A stretch of DNA of 63,961 nucleotides, filler included, from Lenisia limosa (taxonomy: Eukaryota > Protista > Breviatea), in NCBI GenBank assembly GCA_001655205.1. It is 10 parts of 10 records of this genome, joined end to end, with 100 filler letters (N's around TTAATTAATTAA, not from the genome) between each part and the next. Parts side by side here need not be neighbours in the genome. Positions count along the whole stretch, not along the records: positions 22,265 to 30,958 come from LPNZ01007465.1; positions 31,059 to 40,507 come from LPNZ01010488.1; 8 more parts are not named here. One strand, 5' to 3'. Position 1 is the first letter of the stretch. Every line of letters starts with the position of its first letter. A program made the translations under genes and the position numbers. Shown piece by piece: positions 25,800 to 37,200 of this stretch. The notes under the pieces were generated by a model that was not told where the DNA came from, did no database searches, and saw only the letters and a program-made list of their open reading frames with translations.

Positions 25800-26720
25800 T
25801 TGAGGCCATGGAAAAGGCAGTCCTTGCGCTGTACTGCCTCAGAAATGGCGATGTCAACACCTATGAAGGTGTAGGGGTGTTTGATGTAATATATAAAAAT
25901 TAAATTTGCCTTTCTGTGTACCCAATTTGAAGAAATATTACTTGACATATGATAACATATAATACATCATATGATATACAATGTCTAAGTGATAGTAATA
26001 TCCCATTCTGTCTCCATGTATTAATTAGTACCCGTTTACCTCTGATCATCATTGTCTAGTGCTAAGGGAACATGGTGCTGGCAGCTTCTCTGAAAACAAC
26101 CTTGGAGAATCGCCTTTGCATTTGGCCTGTCATTTACGTGGGTATCTTTTTGGCCTGTCATTTACATGGGGTATCTTTTTTTATCTTTAAGTACCACGGC
26201 TCTCACCAGGATTGATTTTGGATCATTTTGTCTTTAATTTGAACAGGTGACAAGTGCATGTTAGCACTTCTTCTCCAGTCTTGTAACCCGTGTGTCCTCG
26301 ATAACAAAGGTATCACTGTACTCTTTTCGTGCTACTGGTGCTATTCGCAACAATAAATAAATAATTGGATAATACCTTATTTTTTATTTCTCATTGCTCT
26401 ACGTATGTATATATGTACATGTATATATATGAGATAGTATATATATATATATATATATCTCCTATATATGATATATCATATGATATATAATATACTATTT
26501 TAGTATATAAATATATCGTATAATAGTACATACATTGTATATACTACTATATACTATATATCATATATTACATATATTATATACTCCAGGGATGCTTGCT
26601 TCATACCTTCTGAGCCCGTAACATGTACCTAGGTAGAAGCCCCTTGCACATTGCTGCGATGCACCAGGACGTCGCCGCCATAGTCCTTCTTTGCAACAAA
26701 GAGCCGTTTCTCACTGTGCG
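25800..26720 (+). CDS. Ankyrin-repeat protein (exon set, ends unresolved)
   Basis: Exons VLREHGAGSFSENNLGESPLHLACHL; GDKCMLALLLQSCNPCVLDNK; GRSPLHIAAMHQDVAAIVLL. Confidence 0.7.
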
Positions 26721-27267
26721 TATGGGTAATATTCGGTTTTATGGGGTTGTAACAAAGTACCCGTTCATTTCAGCACTATTATATCTGATATCATGAACCC
26801 CCCTTGCCTTTGAATAACTTGCACTAGTCCATAAGAGATGCCAAAGGCCACACTCCTGAGTCTCTCTGTTCTGAGGTGGGGTCTTCCCTCAATTCAATTT
26901 CATGAAATCCCCCCCCCCCCTCCACTCCACCTTTTATTCCTCCAGCTTTTTTATTATTATTCATTCTTCCTCTGTATTGACTTTTCTTTCTCAAATGAGA
27001 GATTCTTTTCCAGACTTGGTAAACGACAAGTCAAATGCGTTAGCAGCATTCGATCTGTAGAGTGGTGGTAGATCTGAGGTGGTAATTTAGCAGTGCTCTT
27101 GAAGCCATTATTATTGATTAAAATTAGATAAAGACAGCTACTTAAGCACAAGGATCATGAAAAATACGCCAGCAAGTGGTAATGAAAGAGCATGGAAAAC
27201 TGAAAATTGATTAGTATTATTAGTATACATGAAACGATTTTTTTAAGCACACTCGCTGCGGTCTCAT

Positions 27268-28202
27268 CTAGCGCCAAGTGATCTTAAACACACTCGCTGC
27301 GGTCTCATCTAGCGCCAAGTGATCTTCGTCACTTAGACCCCGCTTAGCATGGCTATGATATAAGCTTTGGGTTGCCTTCACGAAGGCTGCAGCTTGAAGG
27401 TCGCCATTTTTTGAAAGTTCGGATAAAGCAACACAATTTATCACACACATCTCGAAAACAAAAGACAAGATACAATCAGTTTGTATAAAGTAGCAATCCC
27501 ACCATACTCAGTCAAGTCAATACAACCGCGCTAACAGTCTCTGTTAAACCCCGGTGTTTCTGAGACAAATGAGTTAATTTTAAATTTAAACGCAATGCAA
27601 GGCAAGAGGACTCTGATGAAGCGCAATACAGATGTAATTGTTTCAGTATCGGTTCCACACAGGTAGCTCACCTTTGCCTTTCTTTCAGGGGGTAAATTGT
27701 TAAGGTTTTCGTCAAGAAGAGACAGCACGTTGCATTCAAGTGGTGCCCCGCGACGACCTTCAGCGACTTTGAGAACTTGGTGTCATCAGAGGATAGGGCA
27801 AAGGGGATGGTGAAGGCTGCAGCAGATCAGTCGGTGATAGGCAGCATGGCTATGTCCTGCACACACTGTGGACAGAGTTGAGAAGGCGAAGGTCAACGGC
27901 AGAGGTTGGTCGTGGCTATCCAGAAGATGACGCTGCTATTCAGTGGTGGGAGGCTCGGGGCTGGGACAGGAAGGTGCAGGTGGACACGATGGCATGTTCG
28001 TGATCGGGTGGATCACTGCCTTGCGGAGCTTCACTGTTTCTTTGTCCTTGCGCTTCTCAAGGAGGCCGATAGTATCCTTGCACTTGTTGGCGATGCGGTC
28101 AGCGATAGTGTGACTGTCTTTGGACAGCTTCCGCCTTGGCTTTCGCTGTTCAGCAGTTTCACGGAAGCCAGCGTTACAGCCTTGTCGGGTGAAGGGATAC
28201 AT
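27268..28202 (-). CDS. Hypothetical protein, multi-exon
   Basis: MYPFTRQGCNAGFRETAEQRKPRRKLSK...; exons LKVAEGRRGAPLECNVLSLLDENLNNLPPERKAK and LSKNGDLQAAAFVKATQSLYHSH. The 3' end is altered by a 41-bp tandem duplication. Confidence 0.45.
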
Positions 28203-28613
28203 GGAACTAAATCCTAGTTGCGGTACTACTATCGGACTCGACCCAGTCCATTGAACAGTGGCTATTATTTTCCTTTGAACTTATTTTCCTTTGAGGAACA
28301 TTTCGATTCCTCTTTATTTTCTCTCTTTCCTGCCCATTATTTGTCGAGAAGTCTGTCGGTGTTGTATTTGCCATTTTGTTGTGATGTATTTTGTACAGTG
28401 TAAGGGATGAATGACAGTTTAGGGAACTTTAGCCCAAAGAGCCATCAATGCGTTCAGCCCGCACAAAATTAACAGAGTTGGAGGATGAATTGCCTCTGAT
28501 GTAGTTTATCATAACCTATGGAGTATTTGGACTTTGTAAATTAGTATCTTTCAAATGATATGTTGTAGTGAACCCACATCTTTAAACATACAATATGAAA
28601 TGTATAGTTTGTT

Positions 28614-28749
28614 GGGCTTCCCTACGTTATATATGATATATCGATATATCATATAATATGTATAATACTAGATCTATGTATACTATCTATATATGCATAT
28701 ATATTTACTATATATATTTAACGGTCTTTTTCGGACCGTAGGGAAGCCC
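28614..28749. mobile_element. MITE-like element with 13-bp perfect TIR and AT-rich core
   Basis: GGGCTTCCCTACG (28614-28626) and CGTAGGGAAGCCC (28737-28749) bracket a TA/ATATC-rich core. Confidence 0.6.
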
Positions 28750-28960
28750 TAATAGTATGACAATTACTGTATTGAATCGTTTGAAGAACAGAAGATGCTA
28801 ATTTTGTAGAAGTTTTGCTTTCATTGTGGTACAAAGTTTAATGTCAGTTCTAGGCCTGAAGTTAGTGGGTAAAGGAAGTCAGCTCCCTTTCATCATCTTG
28901 GATTTCTATTGTGACTAATATCATGGTTTTATTTCCTAAACTGCCTTTATCCCTTAAAGG

Positions 28961-29090
28961 CATGCATATGCGGTCAGCGTATGTATTGTTCGCAGCTGTG
29001 CCGTAAAACAGACTGGAGTAAAGGCACACAATGGGTCAAAGGCTCCGATCCCATTCCCCACCATTGCACCTGCTGTGATTGGGCTTCAAC
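28961..29090 (+). CDS. MYND-type zinc-finger exon (gene context unresolved)
   Basis: After AG acceptor: ACICGQRMYCSQLCRKTDWSKG...PHHC, matching the MYND CxxC..YCsxxC..dW..H..C pattern. Confidence 0.5.
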
Positions 29091-29523
29091 TGTGGTTGCT
29101 TGTCAATTGTATCTGTATCTGAGTAATCCCAATTTTTTGCAATTATTTTTTCACTCTTCAGCAAAAGCCTCGAAGAAGAGGTAGTAGCCCTGATGCCCTG
29201 ATGCTACTATCATTTTGCTGTTTCTTGTTAGTGTTTGTTTTCTTTTCCTGTCATTCTTTTCATCCATGTTTCTCAAGTATTATTTATTCATGCCAATCCA
29301 GCTTGAAGTTCAGTTTTTCACAGTACGATACCTTAGTTGTACCTAATTTCAAACTACTGGAAAGTTGTAAGGGAAGGATGGAAAGAAAGTTGTAAGGGAA
29401 GGAGGAAAAGAAAAGTTGTAAGGGAAGGAAATAATTAACATACAGGCACTCATTACTTTTCTCATTGCCATAGAGGTAGAAAACACCAGCTTAACAGCTT
29501 AACGGTAAAGCAATTCGGCAGTC

Positions 29524-30831
29524 TTAAAAAGCCTGAAATGGTCAATGGGGTTCCAGCAACGAGTGATCACATGCTTCTTACCTGTAGTCTGTAGATAGTA
29601 ACTCGCCCATAGAAATCTGTTGAGGAAGGGAAGGTCACTCGGACAGTTGCCACTGACGCGGTCACTTCAGGCTTCCTGGAGAACCATTAGACATAGCAGC
29701 AGAGATATACAAGAGAAATTGGGAAAAGTTCCTCTAATATATTGCAATGCGAAATAAAAAATAAGGTTGTAGCCGTTCACACCAACTTATAAGAGAAATT
29801 AGATTATAGTATTATTAATTCACCCAACCATTTCCCTAATGTGACATTCAGTTTTTTGGGATCGTTCTTTCTGATATGATTGACATTCTCTGACCCTCTT
29901 TACGCTAATATTGACATTAAATCCCACTCGATGTCGAACACCTGCATTCCATTGCTGTCCTCGGGATATACACATCCAGCATCGACCTTCTCCGGAGAGT
30001 CTGCGATGTAACTGACTGTGCCATATCCAACGCCACTGTCCAGTTTCTTCCTTTGACATACCTGGTGTTGTAACCTCAACTACTGCGTTTTGACCAACAA
30101 ATCCTGGGGGAGGGGGGGGGAGGGGTAAGAACTAAAAACATGAATGATTTATGTCAACAAAATAGTTGTTGAAATAGATTCAACACATGAACTCTAAGAA
30201 AAGAGAAATCAAATTAGTCCAAATGACATAATATTAAACAGCTCCAAACCTCCTTGAAACTGCAGGCCAATTTTTGACAACTTCACCAGGCTTGGAAAGG
30301 TCACTTCAAACCACTGTGGGGAGCCCTTGAGGAATAAGCGCATTATTTCCATCAATCATTTACCTATGTAGCTCCATAATATATCATGACATACTATAGC
30401 ACACTATACATAGAGTTATTGCGCTGTATATAAAGATTGTTCCATGGATCATTGAATAAGGCTGCCATATGAATGGCTGGTTTTCCAGCATAAATATACA
30501 TTGTTCTTTGCATTTCTTGCTCTAAATACCACGTTGTTTTTTGTATTTCTTACCACTAAAAACACAGCATTGACCCCCCCTCCCACATGGTGACTTGACC
30601 AACACGTTGTTTCATCGTCATCTAACATCTTTTTCTTGCCAAACTCTTTTGTCTGTCGGTCCTTGACAGAAGAAACACTGGGGGGGGGGGGTGGATGAGC
30701 AAAACAAAATAAAGAAAAACGAAATACAACATTCAACATTCAAACAGAGAAAGTTAGTTTGGAGAGCATTCCCGGCATCACAGATCATGATCCTACCTGA
30801 CTTTGGTCGCTTTTGTGATAAGATTTTCCAT
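29524..30831 (-). CDS. NR2C2AP: Nuclear receptor 2C2-associated protein (NR2C2AP/TRA16-like), complete
   Basis: Spliced MENLITKATKVS|VSSVKDRQTKEFGKKKMLDDDETTCWSSHH|GSPQWFEVTFPSLVKLSKIGLQFQG|GFVGQ...VYPEDSNGMQVF...VRVTFPSSTDFYGRVTIYRLQ. Confidence 0.8.
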
Positions 30832-31058
30832 GTTTCTCTCAACAAAATCAAAGGCGTTGCCTGGACTGGTGGGGGGGGGTAGCAGCCTCGGTGATAAGGC
30901 GGTAAGTAGCTAGGTCGGGTAGGAGGTCTGTATAGGAGGTTGAGAAGGTACTGCAGGTNNNNNNNNNNNNNNNNNNNNNNNNNNNNNNNNNNNNNNNNNN
31001 NNTTAATTAATTAANNNNNNNNNNNNNNNNNNNNNNNNNNNNNNNNNNNNNNNNNNNN

Positions 31059-31137
31059 CCAGCGTAAATCTTGACCGATCATGTTTTGTGATTTCCCAGG
31101 AACATAATATGTCAAGACTTATCCTGGTCACTGTGTA
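31059..31137. mobile_element. MITE family A copy, truncated at contig start
   Basis: ...TAAATCTTGACCGATC...GTCAAGACTTATCCTGGTCACTG matches the right arm of the 25372 element. Confidence 0.65.
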
Positions 31138-31239
31138 TTAATAGGAAGGAGGGGAGGTGTGGAGGTTCAAATATTTGAGTGAAGGGGTGGGAGACAAGAT
31201 ATTGAAGGATTTTTTGCCCCATTTATTTACCCCTTTCAG

Positions 31240-34200
31240 GGGAAGTGAGGACCCGTTGCCCTACTCACAGCCTGGATTCTATCAGGCCGGAGGGAGCAAT
31301 AGCGGTATGAGGCGAAATATTTAGTCAATTCAAAAAATATTTTGGGAAGTGTTGAAATGGAGCGTGATACTTTGCATGTGGGGCAATATCGGTTTGTAAT
31401 GGGGATTGTTTTAGTAGGAGAATTTATTGTTTTATTGGTATATTGTGTTATTGTTTTTTTGTTTTATTGGTATATTGTTTTATTTTTCAAGAAACATGAA
31501 TTTTTTATGGAACAATATCTACACCCATAAACGCATTGCTTTTCAAACTATAACGTCTTGCCTTTTTCCAGTGTTTGTACCTTGTCCATACTCCCAAGCG
31601 TGTCTTGAAAACTCCACTTGTGCAGAAGGTTATACGGGTTACTTATGCTCAGAATGTGTCCAGGTATGAGGGTAGTGACAGATATATGGATGGGGATGGC
31701 AGTTATGATTTTGAGGTGTATTCAGCTGGATATGTTTCTCATTTCTAAATATTACCAGATACAACGTTGTTCTATTTTTCTAAATATAGACAGCTGTATT
31801 TCTTAAATACGTGCTGACCGCTTGTTTCACATAACTTCTAATGTCATTTAAGCTGAATATTATATTAATATAATTAGTATAAACATACAATATAATATAC
31901 TATTCAAGTAAGTATACATGTAGATATCGATATATGATACAATATGTGTTACAATATTATCTATATCTCATAACTTCTAAAATCATTTTAGACTGAATAA
32001 TATATTGATATATAGAACACTACAAAATATCGATATACAGTTATATTATTCATAGCTATGTATGTGTGTAATGCTTACAGTATGTATTACAATATGATAT
32101 TTTCTATTTCTCATAACTTCATATACTAGGGCTACTTCAAGGTGGATGTCACCTGCAATGAGTGTACATCATCAAGTACCTACTTTCTTCCTCTTGTTGG
32201 GCTTTTGTTCGGACTGTTCCTCGCGTTTATCTTTGTTTCAAGGTTCGCATGGATTGTATCTACCTCTTTCAAACCCTACATATGCTTTCAAATTTCACCT
32301 CTCATAATTTGGGGTGGGTGACTTTCTTAATTTCCATTCCTTTACTATGATCATCTTCTTTCTTTTCTATTTAACATCTTCACCATTTTCAATTCCCCAA
32401 AACTGCACCTTTTTCAGACTTTTACATTAATTTCATCTTTTCCAGTTACCGGCCGGATCATTTCGACAAATTTGGTGTAGTACGTCTTTTCTTCAACTTC
32501 CTACAGATTACTGCCCTCTACCCTGCTTACAAAGTTTGGGGGTATAATAATAATAATAATCACGTCAATATATAATAGAAGCGAAGAATAGTGAATTCGA
32601 AATCCAGTATCTCTGAAAGGTGATGTGACGGATAAAGTTGTTCTTGCCAAATTCATCCCCATGTTTCCACTTAATTTTAGACTTAACAGTACTATTTCAG
32701 GTGTCATGGCCCTCGCGCGTCAAAGATGCCTTCTTAGTCCTTTCTATCTTTAATGCCAACAGTAAGTTGCTTCTCTATTTTCCACTCATTTTTCTTTCAT
32801 GGGGTTTATTATTATTTGATTGATTTTGAACTTTTAATTTTCTTCAAACTCTTTTTTTTTGTTTTGTTTAAAGCGTGGTTAAAGTAAAATTGCCTTTTTG
32901 GATTGCTCTCGATATATGCAATTCTAGCAGTTTCCGAGACCTTATTACTCTTTATAAATGACAGTTCGTGCACCAAAATGGATCGCTTGGTCCAGTTTCG
33001 ACACTAGCAAAACCGTTCTCGATTGGAGCGAGGAATGCGATTGAGCCAACACCGCCAAAAAATTTGTACAAAGTCGAGCCGAGCTTCAAGATGTTCCATT
33101 GTTTATCTCAATTTCATTGTGTCCTCTTTGCTGAACTCTTTTGGCTTGTCTCAATGCTGCGGCCTCAGCCTGCTTCCTCTTCTTGAGCATTTCTCGGAAG
33201 GCTTTTCTTCAGTGATTTCAGGAACGATATTAGTTCTTCCATTAACACTCTCTGTATCCAATTCTATAGTTGGGTCTTCAGAATATAGAAGAGAGTTGTT
33301 AGACCAAGGAAGTTCTTGAGGATTTGCATTGTGCCTTTCAAGTGCCTCATTAGATTTCAGGTCGGCCATATCTCGAACACTTGCAATTATTTCAACACCA
33401 TTCATGTCTCCATGCTTGGCCTTTTCCAGAAATAACAGTTTTCTTGGACTGGTCAGCTCCACTGATTCCAAAGAGCAGCGTCTTGGTGGGGTTAAGAATT
33501 TTGTCAAACTACCTTCATGGTTTGTTCGTTTAAGGACAGCATTCGAGTGAATCAGTAGTTTCCCATTCACCATAACCTTTCCAGCCAAGCCAAAACCAGA
33601 ACGAATCGTGTCCGGATGGGTGCACTCAACATAAGCTTTCAATGAAGACTTAATCAAACAGACTCTCACAGCAAGAGCTTTATTAGGTGCTTTTCATCCA
33701 TTTTCTTGGGATTTTCTCTCATATATTTGTACACACCATACGGGCCAACATCCATCATTTGGGTAATGTATGATGAGTGGGATGCCTTTGTGACACATCT
33801 GATGTTATTTTCAACCAAGGCGTTCAAAGCTGCAGGGTTAAGCCGCGATGAGTGCTGATCAACATCCAGAAGAGCATAATCATCCATTGAAAGTCCATGG
33901 CGCTGCCTCGCTTCATTCACATGAGGAATAAGAATTTTTACATTCCAATGATAAAAATTATCAGTACACTAAAACTGTTACAAACCATCCTTTAGGGCCA
34001 AACACCAATTCTGCACCATTGTCTTTGGCTGCCTGTAATTCTTCAGCAGAAGCGTTCTGTTTTCCCAAAATAATAAGTGGCTTCATTCTCGACCCATCCG
34101 TCCTATTAAGTGAAATAAATGCCAATATACTCACATTCCTCCTCCCATGGGTGTCGTGCAACTTTTCCAGTAGACTTGGTGAATCCATCAGAAGTTTCTT

Positions 34201-37200
34201 TCAGCCTGAATACCTTGACCGCTTTGTCGTCCGACNNNNNNNNNNGCGTTGATGTACAACAATGGATGAACTTTGTATTTTGTCAATCTTTAGCGAAATA
34301 CTGCTGCACTTTCGCAGATAGATCATCCGACATAAGTCACTGTACCTGAGTTGAATCAGGTATATGAGTTACCTGAGTTGAATCAAAATTTCATTTTCTT
34401 GTATTTTTGTTTCACAAATTTGTTGTATATTTTCTCATGTTACACAGCGATAAAACATATGTAAAGCCAAATAATCAAAAAGAACATTTATCATAAAAAT
34501 TACTGTTTCCCTCTCCTTTTAGGGGTTGCCTTAGGACAAACTTTTCCCTTTTTAACAGGCTTGACCTTAGTCTTAACAGGCTTCTTTTTACTAGCATTTT
34601 TCAACAACTCTACACCTTCTTGAGCGCCATCTTCAATGTCGTTCAATTTCTTCTTTCTTTTCTCGGCTCTCTTGATCATCTGTTCTTCCATTTGCATCAT
34701 CCCTAGCACGATTGACAAGATCTAAATAAAGCTGTTTCTGTTCAGAAATAGGAGTTATATCAAAACGTGGTGGAAGTTGAACAGAAATAGTTTTTGGTAT
34801 CAAAAGAGGGCTATCTGCCCAAGGTAGCTTACCAGCAGCTTTGTTCAATTTATATGCTTTGAGTTCCTTGGCAGTTTGGATGTCACCAATGCTCCTCAGG
34901 AGACCTTCTTTATTAATAGCAACCTTACCAGCAAACCATTGTTTCTGTAAAAAAACTAGCCAATCGGGGATCGATCCTTCATTGACCTGTTCACAAGCAG
35001 ACAATGCAACCACTGGGCTAACCCTCCCTTGATACTTGTTGNNNNNNNNNNGGGAACTCTGAGCAAAAGGGAGCGTACTTAAATAGATATTTTTAAGTTC
35101 AGTTCGGTTCAGTTCCGTGAATTTATTTCGAAATTGTTTTTCTAGATACAATTGATTTACGTAATTTGAATCCACAAAAGCAACCACTATCAATTTTTGC
35201 GTGGCTTCTTTGGAGCTGGAGTTGCTTTCTTCTTTTTTTAGTCTTGAGGTTGTCTGCCAACTTGACCAAACCTCCCACATCCATACAAGTTGCGTGGTTA
35301 ACAAATGAACCTGTTTTTGTTGACAGTTTACAACTGAATCACCAGACTTATAAAACATTTCTTACCTGTCCCGTTTCTAGTACAACAATCCTCTGTTCAG
35401 GTTTAATTCACCTGAATTTCAGAGTTGTGCCAGAAAAACAGTATTTTCAGGCTGAACAGGATTATTTCAAAAAATGCCAACGTGTGTTGCCATTTGTCGT
35501 GGAGGATCAAGGTTTTTTGGAAACTTATGCTCTGCAATGAGTAATTTGGGGGTAGAGTTTCCACATCGTCCTTTTGAGTCATTTTCACGGACCACTTTTG
35601 CAATCACACCAGGATAGAGTTTTTCTTCATTAATGCGAAAACAGACATAGCACCCACTTTAATCATTGATTTGATTACATCCCGTCCCTTCTCAAGAGAA
35701 TTCTTTTCAATTGGTCTTCCTGCTGTGTTTCCTGTCAACTTTTGAAGAAAGATCCAATTTAACACATCTGATATTTGTGAGTTTTTTTTTTTACGGCATC
35801 CCTGAGTGTAGACCTTGGGATATTTACAGCGTATCGGCTGTGGGTCGGAAAAACCAAAAACGATTAGAGACCATTTGGCGAATTTGGTGGTAAATTAAAA
35901 AAATCGGTAGCGGCAATATCAACACGGGTTCGATCTCTTAAGGGGAGAGATACTCTTTCCAGTTACCGTTTTCAACATCCATTTCCCTCAACTTGTTTTC
36001 ATAGTAGTTGGGTTTGGTTGAAAAAGCACTAAGGAAAATGATTTAATGGCCGGTAACATATAAACATTTTTGGGTTCAGACATATATACATTACATATAC
36101 AATGCCAGATATGACATACCCCCATTAATATACAAATGAAATGTTAATTTTAAATTTTCCGTGAGGCAAATATGTCCTACTATTTCTGAATAGGAGAGAG
36201 CTTTAAAAACGACTTCATCAATAGTATCCTGATCCTGATCTCTTCAGGAACTAGTGTGACTCAGTACGAATGGTCAAAAGTGAATACATAGTGTAGGATT
36301 AAAAATATGGGAATTGCTTAATATATTTCATTGTCTCCCATACACTAATAATGATAGTAAGAAGAGAATGTGGCATTTGCCAACCTTGAAATCTTCTAAT
36401 GAGATCAGTTGCAGTAGCAATGGACAATAGTAGAGAATTAGAACCAGCTGAAATGCGATAGCGGAGGGGTGTGATCTTCCAGACTCCTATACTACAAAAC
36501 TCCATTGGGCAAGAGGAAGGTTAGCAACCAGCCTACCCACATTTCCAGCATTAAGTTGTGTTGCAACAGTTTGAAACAATGATCAAAATAACTTATTTGC
36601 ATTTCCGAGTATCACCTTGCTCGCCCTATGATAAGCTATACGTGCTTTCAGGATAAGAGAAGATACGGTATATACATGACTACCTGATACTGCACATAAT
36701 CCAGGGGTTGCACCTGGCAGTATTTCAAGAGTATTGACATCTCTGAAAAAAATACTTTTTAAACCAAAATAGATGGACCTGTTTCCATTTTTTTACTGCT
36801 GCATAACTCCATTTTCGTTGGGTTACTATAACAATAACAATAAACAATAAATTACCATTTTCATTGGAGTATCTTGGCAAATGATTATAGCCACTTGATA
36901 ATAAATTACTATACTCTTGACGCCCAAGTTCTGACATCCGTTTTTCAAATTCTTGCAAGGACCTCCCCTTCTTGAATAACTATAGAACTGTCACATGTTA
37001 CAGACCTGCGGCATCAAAAGGCTGTTGACATTCCGGTAGATACTTGTTCTTCTGCAAATCACAATAATTCGTACGATGCGTGACAATACCTTCAGCATGT
37101 AATCCTCCATCATCAGAAATCTCCAAGATATCTTTATCCACATCTTCCTAAAATAATCACATTAAATTAATTGCAACATACCTCACGGCGACCCTTTCGG

